From contig CM030332.1 in NCBI GenBank assembly GCA_017654855.1, forward strand, positions 2,294,001 to 2,358,000: a DNA stretch of 64,000 bases, read 5' to 3'. Below the pieces are notes generated by a model that saw only the letters and a list, made by a program, of their open reading frames with translations, was not told the origin of the DNA and made no database searches. Numbering within the stretch: the first letter of the stretch is position 1; every line of letters starts with the position of its first letter. Origin of the DNA: Podospora anserina. Lineage: Eukaryota. Made by a program: the position numbers and the translations under genes. Positions 14,233-25,940 of this stretch are shown here, piece after piece.

Positions 14233-15036
14233 ATGCTCCTCCGCCATCCCTCCCTCCACCCCGACGAAACAAGAGCATCAACCGCCAACAACCAAGACAT
14301 CTTCCCCAGCATGTCCTCTCACCCAGCCCCCAGCCCACACCAAGACCAAGACGACACCGAGCCCGAAAACGGTCAGTTCGACGACGTCTGGGGCGACGAT
14401 GAAGACAATGACTTTATCCCCTCTTCCACCACCACCGTCTCATCCTCCTCAGAAAGAGAACGTGACATCAACCGCCTCAAAACCCTCCACTCCAAAACCG
14501 GCTACATCGACGGCATCACCCACGCCAAATCCACCTCCGTCCAAGCCGGCTTCGACGAGGGGTTCACCCTCGGAGCCAACATCGGCTCTCGGGCCGGGAT
14601 CCTCCTAGGCATCATCGAAGGCTTCGTGGCTGCTTTTGGGCTGCAGTCTATTTCCACTTCTCCACCTCAGCCATGGGAAACCGCAGAGTGGGGGCGGTTA
14701 GAGGTCCTTCTCAACGAAGCCAGGCGAGAGCTTGACGTGAGAAGTGTTTTTGCCAAGGACTGGTTTTGTGAGGACGGGACGTGGAACTACCCCGTTGGTG
14801 ACGAGGAAAGCGGCGGGGAGGTGCTCTTCCCGGATGTGGCGGCTTCTCACCCTCTGATCAAAAAGTGGGATGCGATTGTCAGGCGGGAAGGGGAGAGATT
14901 TGGACTTGATTGGAATGTTTTGAGAGATGAGGAGGGTGTTGAGAGGGGACATGAGTACGATCAGGAAGAGGAGAACAGCAGACAAGGGAACCAGCCTGCT
15001 GCAGCAAAGACTGGAAATCAGGCTCTTGCCTGGTAA
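14233..15036 (+). CDS. YAE1: Yae1-family protein (cytosolic Fe-S assembly adaptor)
   Basis: HSKTGYIDGITHAKSTSVQAGFDEGFTLG..G..AG.LLG repeated Gly pattern of the Yae1 N-terminal domain; exact start uncertain. Confidence 0.82.
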   Translation: MLLRHPSLHPDETRASTANNQDIFPSMSSHPAPSPHQDQDDTEPENGQFDDVWGDDEDNDFIPSSTTTVSSSSERERDINRLKTLHSKTGYIDGITHAKSTSVQAGFDEGFTLGANIGSRAGILLGIIEGFVAAFGLQSISTSPPQPWETAEWGRLEVLLNEARRELDVRSVFAKDWFCEDGTWNYPVGDEESGGEVLFPDVAASHPLIKKWDAIVRREGERFGLDWNVLRDEEGVERGHEYDQEEENSRQGNQPAAAKTGNQALAW

Positions 15037-15099
15037 AATTCTTTCAGGGCTGCTACAAAAAGCGTCTCTCAACTCAATACAGACACCGCATCATTCAGC

Positions 15100-17073
15100 T
15101 CAAAACACCCCATCGGCAGCATCTTTACTCCACTTCCCAGCGATTTTGGCAATTTGTTTTTGCACCCTTTCCGCAACCACATCTCTCAACTCCGTCTTGG
15201 GCTTGACATACGGCTTCACCGTCTCCCTCACCTTCGTCTTTTGCTCAAAATCATACGCCAACCCAATCAGTTTCTCCTCGCTGAAACCCTCACCAACAAA
15301 ACTGATACCAAAGGGCAAATTCCCTGCCCAACGCACCAAATCTCCACGTTGGTCCTTTTCCTCAACCACACTTCCATCATTCGGCAGTTTCCCCATCGGC
15401 ACCGTCACAACTGGAGTTCCCAGCATCGCCGGCATGGTAGCGGACCACCAGGTCGGGATAACCAAGGCGTCCAACGAATGGTTTTTGAGCGCTCCCAAAA
15501 TTCCCTGCGAGCCAGCGGCATAGATCTGGGCAGAGTAATTACCCCAGAAGTAAGGCGAGTCGTTTCCGTGGCCGGTATTGGTCAAAACACCCTCCCAGCG
15601 AGCGACATCTCGGTCGGGATAGTGCTCCAGGTGTCCGTGAGATTTTGTCCAGTTTATCAGAGATTGAAGGTCGGTGAGATTGGCTGGATTGCTGGTCAAC
15701 GAGGCAAAGTATCTTGGGAGTGCGGAGATGAATTCGGCGTTTACGACGTGCATTTGATATGGGCCGAGGTTCATCAGGACCTGACCGGGCAAGTACAGGT
15801 CGTCGATTATCGTTGCGTTGGCTTCTCGCAGGACGCCAAGGGCGGTGTTGAAACTCGAGACAATGTATTGGAATGATTGCGGCAGAGGGCTTGGGATCAG
15901 ATTTCTTGGGATGCCGATTCGTTTACCTGACAAGGAGCCGAGTTGGCAGGCGGAGACGTAATCAGGGAGCGTTTCGAAGGGAATAGAACTCGTGTAATTG
16001 TCTTTTGAGTCTTTTCCGGCTATGGCAGCGAGGAGGTATGCGGCGTCCTTGACCGTCCTGGCCATGGGCCCTATGGTGTCCTGGCGTTCACTGATAGGCA
16101 CGACAAGGTGGCGGGAGGTCAGGCCTACAGTCGGCTTGATGCCAACAAGGTTGTTCATCTGAGCCGGGGCGATGATTGAACCATGGGTTTCAGTCCCCAG
16201 GGAGGCAGCTGCCAAACCAATGGAAATGGCCACACCGCTGCCGGAGGAGGAACCGACGGGATCTTGTTTTGGGAAATAAGCCCCTTCTGTTTGCCCACCG
16301 GTCGAGGACCACCCATTGCTCGAGTTGAAACTTCTAAAGTTGGCCCACTGGGACATGTTGGCTTTCCCCAGTATCACCGCACCTGCTTTCCGGAGTTTGG
16401 CCACCACGGTGCTGTCCTCTGGCACTTTTGCTCCAACAAGGGCGTATGACCCGGCGGTATTTTCCATCTTGTCAAAAGTCCCAATACTATCCTTCAATAG
16501 AATCGGGATACCGTGAAGAGGTCCCTTTTTGTCGCCCGCCGCCCGAGCAGCGTCCAGGTCTGCCGCAATGGACAAGGCATCGGGATTAATCTGTGTGACC
16601 GCCTTGAGTGTCGAATTAACCTCGTTGATCCGTGCGATGTAAGCGTTCACCAAGTCAACCGTAGTAAATAGACCCGAATCCAACCCCTTGATCAAATCCG
16701 GAATCTCCGCGTTGAGAAGTGAAGGGAATTTTTTGCCTCCTCCGTTTGAACAAGAAGGCGTAGCACAACTCTGCTGAACCCAGAGAAGTGTCAAAACAAG
16801 AGCGAGCAGCTCGTCAACGGACGCAAGCATGTTGCTGATCTTCCCGAGAGCTTCGAGGTCGTGTATTGCGTTTTGCAAGGTGAAAATACAAACAACGAGA
16901 GAAACGAGAAGGAGGAAGAGACGGGCCTTGAAAGGGAGGAGCGTGGAGGCCTGATGTATCTTTTCTTGCTGCTGTCGTTGTTTACCCCCCGGGGTACCCA
17001 GGAGCGGTTCGACCGCCTCGGATTGACCACCCATGTCGGCGTTGGATTGGATCTCGGTGTTATTCATTGGCAA
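15100..17073 (-). CDS. Amidase signature family enzyme, secreted or membrane-anchored
   Basis: GPLHGIPILLKD, GAVILGKANMSQW, GSSSGSGVA, LGTETHGSI (Lys-Ser-Ser triad motifs); single 657-aa ORF. Confidence 0.9.
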   Translation of the reverse strand: MPMNNTEIQSNADMGGQSEAVEPLLGTPGGKQRQQQEKIHQASTLLPFKARLFLLLVSLVVCIFTLQNAIHDLEALGKISNMLASVDELLALVLTLLWVQQSCATPSCSNGGGKKFPSLLNAEIPDLIKGLDSGLFTTVDLVNAYIARINEVNSTLKAVTQINPDALSIAADLDAARAAGDKKGPLHGIPILLKDSIGTFDKMENTAGSYALVGAKVPEDSTVVAKLRKAGAVILGKANMSQWANFRSFNSSNGWSSTGGQTEGAYFPKQDPVGSSSGSGVAISIGLAAASLGTETHGSIIAPAQMNNLVGIKPTVGLTSRHLVVPISERQDTIGPMARTVKDAAYLLAAIAGKDSKDNYTSSIPFETLPDYVSACQLGSLSGKRIGIPRNLIPSPLPQSFQYIVSSFNTALGVLREANATIIDDLYLPGQVLMNLGPYQMHVVNAEFISALPRYFASLTSNPANLTDLQSLINWTKSHGHLEHYPDRDVARWEGVLTNTGHGNDSPYFWGNYSAQIYAAGSQGILGALKNHSLDALVIPTWWSATMPAMLGTPVVTVPMGKLPNDGSVVEEKDQRGDLVRWAGNLPFGISFVGEGFSEEKLIGLAYDFEQKTKVRETVKPYVKPKTELRDVVAERVQKQIAKIAGKWSKDAADGVF

Positions 17074-17651
17074 TGGGTCGGTTGATCTCAGTCAGTCCTT
17101 GCTTAGAGCCAAGAGAAAGTTGCACGAATCTACCCGATTTTGTCAAAACCTGACCCTAACTAACAACTCTCTTAATCCCCCCTCCCCCACTTTCCTACAA
17201 GATAGGCAGTCGTGGCTTCCCAACTAGCGGAGACAAACGGCAGGTAACTGGCGCGGTAGTAGAGAAGTTGTGTGCTGTGTAACCAATAGTCGAGGCAAGA
17301 GCTCTTAGAGGGAAGGAATCCATGGTTACATGTAACCTGGCGGGGTCCAAAAGCTGCCGTTGGTCCTTCCCGACTCTCGGGACAGAGGCCCAAAGGGAAT
17401 GAAGGTTGATGTAGTGTTCTGATGGTTTCCAATCGGCTGGTGACCCTAGGTACCTTGCAGGTCTCTTATGCCGTTGCCTGCTAGGAACTCGCTCGCAACA
17501 CAAGAGCCATACAGATGGTGTGATTCGGGACTGAAGTTATCATGATGGTGATTGCTTCAGGCATCTACACACCCCAAGCACAAGTCATGTCATGCTTTAT
17601 TCAACTGCCTATCACTATCGCTGCTCACGACTCACACAGTTGTCTAGATAT

Positions 17652-20600
17652 TCACTTCCCCCCCGTGGTCCCAAACCCGCACCCCCCCAACCCATGCATC
17701 CTATAGCCCTGCTCACCCTCAGGATAATCAACCCCAACTCTCCTCTCCCCCGAAACACCAGTCATCCACCCAAACCGATACATCCTCCCCATCCTCTCTA
17801 CCCTCCGATCCCTCTCCCTCTTCCCCAACATAGACAACCTCTCAAAATCCCTCAGCATCGCCGAATCACACACATAGTAAATCTGACACGCCAACGAATC
17901 CGGCGCCGCTGGCATATGCGGCCACTTGACAAGCCACATGTAGCTGACCAGAGTCAACATAAGAACAATAAGCAGCGCAACCGTCGTCCAAGTACATATC
18001 TCATGCGTCTGCCACGTCTGAGCCGAAGAAAATGGAATGCTCGACAGTAAAGCCGGTACAAACTTGGACAGTATCCCGGCAAAGGCAACGGCCCCAGCCA
18101 TCAAATCCTTCTGACGAACCGCTCTCCACAGTCCTGTAAAGACAGTCTTGGGACAGGGCTCAAGAACCGACAGCGCTGCTGGCTGTTGTTTCTGCGCCAT
18201 ACGTTGGTAGATGCGCCTCTTTGAGAATGCTAGCAAGTACCACGCCGTCAGCAACGTTCGCTCTTGAAAGTTGTTAGCAGGCAGGGAGAGACTCAACTCG
18301 TAAACAAATGATCCCACATAAACGAAAGCACCACACCAAGCCCGGTAAACAACATCCTCACGCCAAACCCCTGGCTGTCCATGAACCACTCAAACGCCGA
18401 CTCCTGGAGGTCCTCATACTCGGTGAGCTCGTAGTAAAGGATAAGAATCAGTAAGCCGCAAAAGAAGGCCAAGAGCATTCCCTGGAAAGTCCTTTCCCTC
18501 CCCGGCACATGGAACGTCATTCTCTTCACAGGCAAACCACTCCTGGCCCGCCTCATCTGTCGCAAACCAGCCCTCTCAACCGGCAGAATCATATCACTGC
18601 CATCAATCTCACAGTTAGACCTCATCTTGGTCTTCCCGTTCTTGTGACCCCCTACCGAAACCGACGAAACAACAATCCCATAATCATTCGCCCTCTTTCC
18701 AGTCCAGTTCCCCAACCTCCCAAGCCGAAAGCTCAACCCCTCACAGTTTCTCCTCAACAACTGATCCACCTTTGCCGAATCATCCAATCCATCCTCTGCC
18801 CTTCTTTCCATCCCCCTCATCAACACCTCCCTGGTCCTATCAACCTGCAACAACGCGCAAACCCCAGCCACACTGCTCGGATCCGCCGCAGTCCCAGTCC
18901 TCCACCTGACAAGCATAAACCCCAACACCATCACCAACACAATCAACCCCCCCAGCAAACCCTCCGCCACCCTCGCCGGCACAGGAAAAACCGCCACAGT
19001 CAAAAAACAAGTACTGAGATTCACACTCAGGCAGCTCCCCCGTAGCTTCAGCCCCACCGTCTCTCCCGACACAGAGATCAGCCCTGCCACGCATAAAACA
19101 ACCAGATCGCTCATGAGGGAAATCGGATCGCCATAGCGCCATAGCAACCTCCAGCCGCTTATACGACCAGGTTGCATGACCAAAGCATCTACACCTGCGC
19201 CAGCAGGAGGGTTGTGTTTAGTCAAAAGACGAAAAGGAAGAAGCTGCTTGATCTCGGCGTCAATTGCCTGAGCAGGGATGAGCAAGAAAATCGTAAGCAA
19301 AATAGGCAAAAAGTAAATCGTAAAGTAGCTCGCCCGATTCGGAAGCATGAGATTGGCGGCAGTGGAGTTGGGCAGGTTGGGCCATACCGGAAAGCTGGTT
19401 GCTGTTGCTGTCGGGACGCCATCGGTATCCGTGAGTGTTGTGATGACAGAGGTGGCGGGGACCTGCGTTGTTGCGGTGAGCGTCGGGGAGCCACGAGCGT
19501 TCGTCAGGGTCGTGAGAGTGTTGATGAGATAGAGCTCGCCGTGGAAGTCGGTTTGCGTGCTTGTTGGGACGCCATTAGAGTTTGTCAAAGTTGTTACTGC
19601 TGGAATCACCATCACCGCCGGGACACCGATGAGGATGCTGCTCGTGGACGTATGGACAATGCTTTTTATCCACATCTGACCAGACGTCGTGAACTGGGTC
19701 GTTGACTCAACGTACACGTTGACGGGTACGAGGACATATTTGACAGAGGGTTCTAGTTGATTCGGGACCGGTGACGGTACGCTCATGGTCAAACGTAAAT
19801 CGAATGGTGTTGTGGGGTATGAAGTAGACGTCGAAATTGAAGCTGTAGATTTACTCGGATTTTCCAAGTGCTCCGTTGATGCTGACTGGAGCTGTGTTGG
19901 TTTTAGACTGCTCCAAGATGAGGACAGAAGCGTGCTGGAGTCCCGTATAATGCCCATCTTCGTCTCCAGAGTCGAAGCTGGTTCTGACTGTGAGGTTTGT
20001 TTTGAGCTATGGATGAAGATGGGTGAGGTGACCGAAGCTGGCATGCCATCCGTCTTCGACTCTGAATCCGAGGTTGTTACTGGGAGCACTGCTATGTTTG
20101 AACTCGTGACTGTTTCTGTGGCAGTTGTTTCCGATGTTGAACTCGACTGAGACATGGATGGTTCGGACTGTAAAGTCGATGTATCAACAGACTCAAAAGT
20201 CGATTGCTTTGTACTAGTAGGCGATGGCAATAGCGTCACACTCGAAGTTGTTGATGGCTCGCCAATATTGTGTTCGCCCCAAAGGTACAGGCCCGCGCCA
20301 GGATAAAGCCGTCCCGGGAAGCGAAGCCTGACAATAAGGCGTTCCATCTGCCTCTGAACGTCCCATTCAACGTAGTAATTGAGAAAGGTCTCTGGTAATG
20401 GCTCTTCGACATCGTACCGGGTACTGGTTGTCTCTTCACGCGGCTCGCCATGCCACGAGCACCGTAAGAATCGCTTCATAAAAGCATTTGGGTACGGTAT
20501 CGCTGGACCTGGCGGAGGAGCAGGGATCGTGACTAACTGAGATTTGTACCAATCGTCGTAGCGCTTGACACATTCATCGGAAAACCAGAGACCAGGAATA

Positions 20601-21247
20601 CCTTGACGAGGTGATTTCCAGCCCGGTGGCGGAGTGGTCAAAGGATCAGGTGCAATGATGACCTGGCACGCTGAGCTATTTGTTGTTATGATAACGCCCT
20701 GGTAGTTATACATGCATTCGTTTGGCTTCTCTTCACCTGGGAATACCGCCGTCCTGGCCATTACGTTATCTGGATGGCCGTACCAGCTATTGGCCCAAGT
20801 AACGTAGGTGGTGATCACGTTGGTGTTCACATAGTAGCTGGTATGTGGGCGGGGATCTGGGGCCATTCTTTTGTTGAACTCAGCTGGAAAAGACGTCGTT
20901 GTCGCATCCGGCATTCTTGTCCTGCTTGGAGGGTCATCTTGAAGGGAGGTTTCCACCGGCAGCCCATAGAACTTCTGTCGAGCCTCAGGTGACAATGCAT
21001 TCAGGACATCAAATGCCGGCTTTGGATCTCTCGGATCAGGTATGAAGCCAAATTCTTGGGGTATCTCCGTTCGGCTGCCTTCGTGTGGGAGCGAGTGAAG
21101 TAGCCTCTCCAAGGCAATGATGAGGCCACAGAGGACAAGAACGACTGTAGCCAAAAAAGAAAATCGGAGCGGCAGGGGTTTGTAATCCGGGATATCATTT
21201 TCTGTATTTCGCCGACTTCGAGCTGATTTCTCTGTGGTGGCGGCCAT
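17652..21247 (-). CDS. Large membrane protein: N-terminal TM, Cys-containing luminal region, Ser/Thr-rich stalk and DUF3433-like multi-pass C-terminus
   Basis: 984-aa ORF joined by predicted intron 18297-18230 (GTTGAG..GCTGAC..TAG) to the 245-aa ORF; YKPLPLR, IDAEIKQLLPF, RWRTGTAADPSSVAG, FEWFMDSQGFGVR motifs. Confidence 0.75.
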
Positions 21248-22294
21248 GATGGAGGGTTCTCATCCTGTGGAAGGGTTGAGCGCTCGAAGAGAGGGCACAT
21301 CTTGCTCATTGCATGCCGGGAAGAAACTATACTTAATAACGACGGCATCGTTCCGTCCTCGACAAGGTATGGCTTCCATTCCATGTTAGTCCAAGAACTT
21401 TACAGCTTCAAAAGGGCACCATGTTCTAGACGCCATCATATAGGGTCTGCGGCGCAGGCTGGATTGCCGGGTGGTATAAATTGACTTTTGTACCACCTTG
21501 GGGGCCAACATCCCTGGCGATGTAACTTTCGGTTGTATTGTGATAGATTTGAGCGGCATTTGAACTTGGTCCTACATTTTGCCTGGGATTAGCGAACGGT
21601 CACCAGCCCCCAACTGTTAACAGCGATCCTAACCTGTATGCCCGCTATTTTGCTAACCAGCTGGAGACTGAATTTGGTTTGGCTTTTGGGGTCACCACCA
21701 GCTGTCCTGGCCCCCAATAGCATGTCAGGGGCTGCTGCCCGCAAACGTTTGAGGTCGATGTTGGATGCTTAGGTCCGTCGGTACTACTGGATGTAAAGGT
21801 GAAAATGACGCGTACACCCGCTCCCCTAGAGACGGAATGTGAGCTAACTTGTGGGGGCCAGTTCTTGTTGGAAGGTGCGACTTAACAACCAAGGAGGAAA
21901 GGGTCATGGTCTTACACCTCATAGGCCAACATAGCTTGACGCCTGGAAGCCATCCCCAAAGTCACCTCTCAAATGCACCTAGGTACCTCTGGCCAGGCTC
22001 TTTGTATTAGAAAACAACTCGAGACAATCCTAGCTGAATTTCCAGGTAGCTATCTACATCTACAATCCTAACGCAAATTCTTGTTGCTTTTTTGTCTTGC
22101 TCTCTCCTCTATCTCAATCCAAACAAGGTACTTGATCACAAAACCAACACCAGCAGCAAAGTCATGCTTTACCGCGTATATAAATCAACACAAAGACCAC
22201 CCAATCCTGATAGCCAACCTAGATTCTGAGGGTATTGTTATCGTAAAATATGTTCTTCTTCTCATGGCCCGAAACGTAATAGTCGTTGCGCTGC

Positions 22295-23906
22295 CTACAA
22301 CAAGAACATCCCAGACCCAAGCATCGCAAACACCATCGATAAGCCCACCACCGAGAGCTGTGCTGCTCCAAAAGCAGGTGGTAGACCACACGCGGCATTC
22401 TCGGACCCGTTTACACCCGCACTGTCCGTGAAACCAGCACTGGCCGCATAAGCCGGTGTGGTGACTGACGGACGTATGGTCGCTTGACTCTGGTCTGGAG
22501 CAATAGTCGCCGAAGGGATGTGGGCGCTCAAGCTAGGGAAGGGCACAATGTTGCTTTCGGTTGAGTTGAAGTCGGTGGCAGCAAGCCCAACCTGATTGTT
22601 GACGAGATCGTAGACAACGTACGCCGATCGGAGAAACGTGTCGCCCAGGAGATAGGGAGCAGAGCTGAAGTTCTGGATCCCGAATTCGCAGGCATCCATG
22701 CCCTTGTATGGGCCAGTGTTGAAGACCGGTGCTCGGCCAGATGTGAGATCGAGGACTAGCTCATCCATCGACACATTTATTTGTGGACCACTGGGGCCGC
22801 CGAATCCAAACGAAAAATACCCCTCGCTGTTTTGCATATCGCATGGAAGAACGGCAAGCTCAAATTCAGGCGAATATAAAGCCCCAACCTCCTTCCATAC
22901 TTGCAGGGCAAGGTCAGTAGGCAAGTAAGAGAGGGTGGTGCCGGAGTCAAGAACTACAGGCATGGGAAAGGCCTTCGACGTGAGCGTATCCTGGCCGCTA
23001 GGGCTGACTGCTATCAGGGAAGTCATGGCAACAGCGAAAGAAGTGTAGAGCCCTTGAGTCGTCGGCAGTATATTGATGCGTGTAAGATCCCCTTTGTACT
23101 TTTGGGTGTCAATTCCACCAAAAAGGATGTTGCCCGAGCTCGAGTCTATTACGGTCAGTAGCTGAGCACGTAGACGAGCTGCTGCGATCTGAACCCACCT
23201 AGATCGTTGAGCCATAAACTGTACGCCACAGTGTTAATCAGTTTTTCTTTAACCATGTTGACGGGGAGGTTGGGGTAAACTGAAGCTGTCGATTGCGTGG
23301 TCCCCACGATGGCTTCATTCAACGCATAGCCAACACCAACCAGTCCATAAGCGATGTCTGTGTTGACACCAAGGCCCATAGTCATGTTCTGTAATGTTGC
23401 GCCGCCAATCTGGAAAACATCGGTGAAATAGTCACCCTTCGAAGAGCTGCCGTCGACATAGTTGATGTCAAAGTCGCCCTGTCCAACAACCTTGAATGTG
23501 CTGGAGCGGTCGGGATTAACTGCTCAAAAGGTCAAAATAATGACCGAGAAGTCAGGTCAGGGAGTCCGAGCGTACATGTTCCCAATGCGCAACCCTCAGT
23601 CCCAGATTTGGAACAGACCTTTGCCGTCGGATCCGGAACCCAGATATCGCTGCTTCCTGTGTCCAGCTGGAGCGTGAGGTCTTGACCCGGCGTTCCTAAC
23701 CTGCAGGTAGCGAAATAACCTCCTCTGGCCTCCTCGTTGGTAATGATCTCCTCAAAAGTCGAAGCGCGCTTCCGTACTCTGGTGTAGGTTTCTGGTGGCG
23801 GTTGTCGCCTCTGAATGCCCCATTGAACTACTCCATCCTTTCGTTGTGCCAACGTAGTCGCAGCAAACAATGCACCCGCGGCGATGATGCCAGCCCCCCT
23901 TCTCAT
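22295..23906 (-). CDS. GPI-anchored aspartic protease (yapsin/OpsB-like, pepsin family A1)
   Basis: Signal peptide, catalytic LDTGSSD and LDSGTT, LLGDTFLRSAYVVYDL, hydrophobic C-terminal GPI signal; introns 23575-23520 and 23198-23146. Confidence 0.92.
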
Positions 23907-24899
23907 GACTGCGGTTCGTGACTCCTAGCTATGCGATATACTTGACTCGTTGTAAGAAAGATGTCCCTGGCTCTATGATCGGAATCGTGTACTGAAATAG
24001 TCGCCAAAACAGTTGACCAGAAGAGGGAGCCGCCCAGGAAAGACACAAGCAATGGTGGTGACGCAAACGAGGCGCGCGGGTATCGATCGAGGTTGACTGC
24101 GAATGGCTCAGGGACACAACACAGCCCGCGGCGACACCTGGAGCCGAAACCAAGAGAGCTTAAATCGGGCCAAAATACATCGAAGGGAGCACCAACTCGG
24201 TCTCGGGCAATGTTCGACGAGCCGGATCAGCCGGATCAGCGTTATACAGCTCCAGAAAAGGTGACTAGAAGCAGACCAGAAGAAAAAAGGGGGGAGCTCC
24301 AAGGAAAACGGGCAAAAAGGCGAGCGAGTGACCGAGGTTGACACGCAGCCATTTGATTATGTTGACTGTGACAGGACTTCGTCACCAGGGGTCGGGCTCG
24401 GGAGGGAAAGCGGAAAAACGAACTTCCATTATTCAGCGTGTCAGGCCTCCCCTCGGAGTCAGGAAATGCTGGGAGGGAAGGTCGTCACTGACATCAGCTA
24501 GTCCATGATCAAGCAACAAGAGCGAAGCAAACAAAGCCGTTCCTGGCGTCCGAAATAAAGATGACGGGATGCTTCCACTTACACCGAAAAGCAGGCTTCA
24601 GTGGGGTCGGAGCTTTTTCCAGCGGTGGGAGCCCCTCCCATTTCCCAGTGAAGAATCAAGCAATCCATGGATCTCTTGGCAACAGCGGGGTACGCGGCCT
24701 TAGCGCCCCATGACGTTGCTTGTCTGGGGAATGTGGGGTCTTTTCAGGGATGATGTCTCTGACAGGGGCATTCTTCATCAAGCTTCAACTTCAGGCACAC
24801 GACTCGGGAGACATGAATGACCAAACACCTGATGCTATAAGTACTCCTTCTGATTGACTGCTCTCAGACCCGATGAAAATCTAAACAGCCTCAGCCTAT

Positions 24900-25259
24900 T
24901 CAGCAGTGATCACTCTTCCCATCTCCACCGTCAACACAGCTGCTGCACTTGGCCTGGTATTTGATGTTGCCATTGCTCCCACCCGTGCAATAAAAGAGAG
25001 AATGATTCACATAGGCCGAGGAAGTGGACTTGTCTGCCTTTTTGAGGGCTTCGATAATTTGGTTGTAGTAGTTGCCTAGGTAGGAGAGTGTCAGCGTTGA
25101 ACCTGGGGAATCTGGATACCTCAAGAGGATGGGAAAGGCAATACCTCTGCGAAGAAGGACGTATCCGCAATAGTGCAAGCCGGTCTTGCAATTGGCGGCA
25201 TCCACCGCAGCCGGTGCGACGACTGCGAGGGTGACGGCGAGGATGGAAGAGAGCTTCAT
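24900..25259 (-). CDS. Small secreted cysteine-rich protein (6 Cys, about 96 aa after splicing)
   Basis: MKLSSILAVTLAVVAPAAVDA signal peptide, NCKTGLHYCG..GNYYNQI..LFYCTGG..KCSSCVDGGDGKSDHC*; intron 25144-25076 (GTATTG..GCTGAC..TAG). Confidence 0.85.
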   Translation of the reverse strand: MKLSSILAVTLAVVAPAAVDAANCKTGLHYCGYVLLRRGIAFPILLRYPDSPGSTLTLSYLGNYYNQIIEALKKADKSTSSAYVNHSLFYCTGGSNGNIKYQAKCSSCVDGGDGKSDHC

Positions 25260-25940
25260 TTTTGCGTGATTGAGTAGTTGGGTTTGGGTTGGTTGTGAGA
25301 GTTGTGCCGTCAGTGGTTGTGATGCGATGCGACTGAGCTTGATGGACCTGTCTCCAAGCCAACATCCCTCGACAGATTTTATACTCGCGAGATCATGAAG
25401 CTTCTCTTGCAGTTGAGGCCTCGGCCTTGGTGTCACGCCGTCTTATTGGCATCAACATCAGCACAAGGTAACATCATGGTCTTTACCGAGACTCGCTCCG
25501 TGTGGAGTTGGAACTTTTTACATGACACTAGCACAAGGCTGATGGTTCATAGTTAGGCCGATCTTGTGTTCTCAACTACAGTCTTACGGCTTTCAAAGCC
25601 TCAGTTGCAATAAATGGACCCTGGCTGTTGCATTGTAGTATGCCTGCCGAATCCTGCCCCTTATTAGCTACCCCTTAGGGATGCCTGTTAGCGGCATGAC
25701 ATAACTAGATGCTATATGGTTGGTGGACTCGTAAACACAACATAGCACGCTCAAAGGTTCATGAGACCGGTGGTTCATCTCACCGGATTTCGGCACCTTC
25801 CTCCACAAAAAGGACCTTGAAGGGCTCTTTCTAAAATAACCAAGACATCCATCGCCAATCAAAATACCAGTCAACTCTAGGTAGTCCATGAGCTCGCTTT
25901 CCATTCATCCGTGTCTTCACTCGAGCCAGCTCGGCTTACT

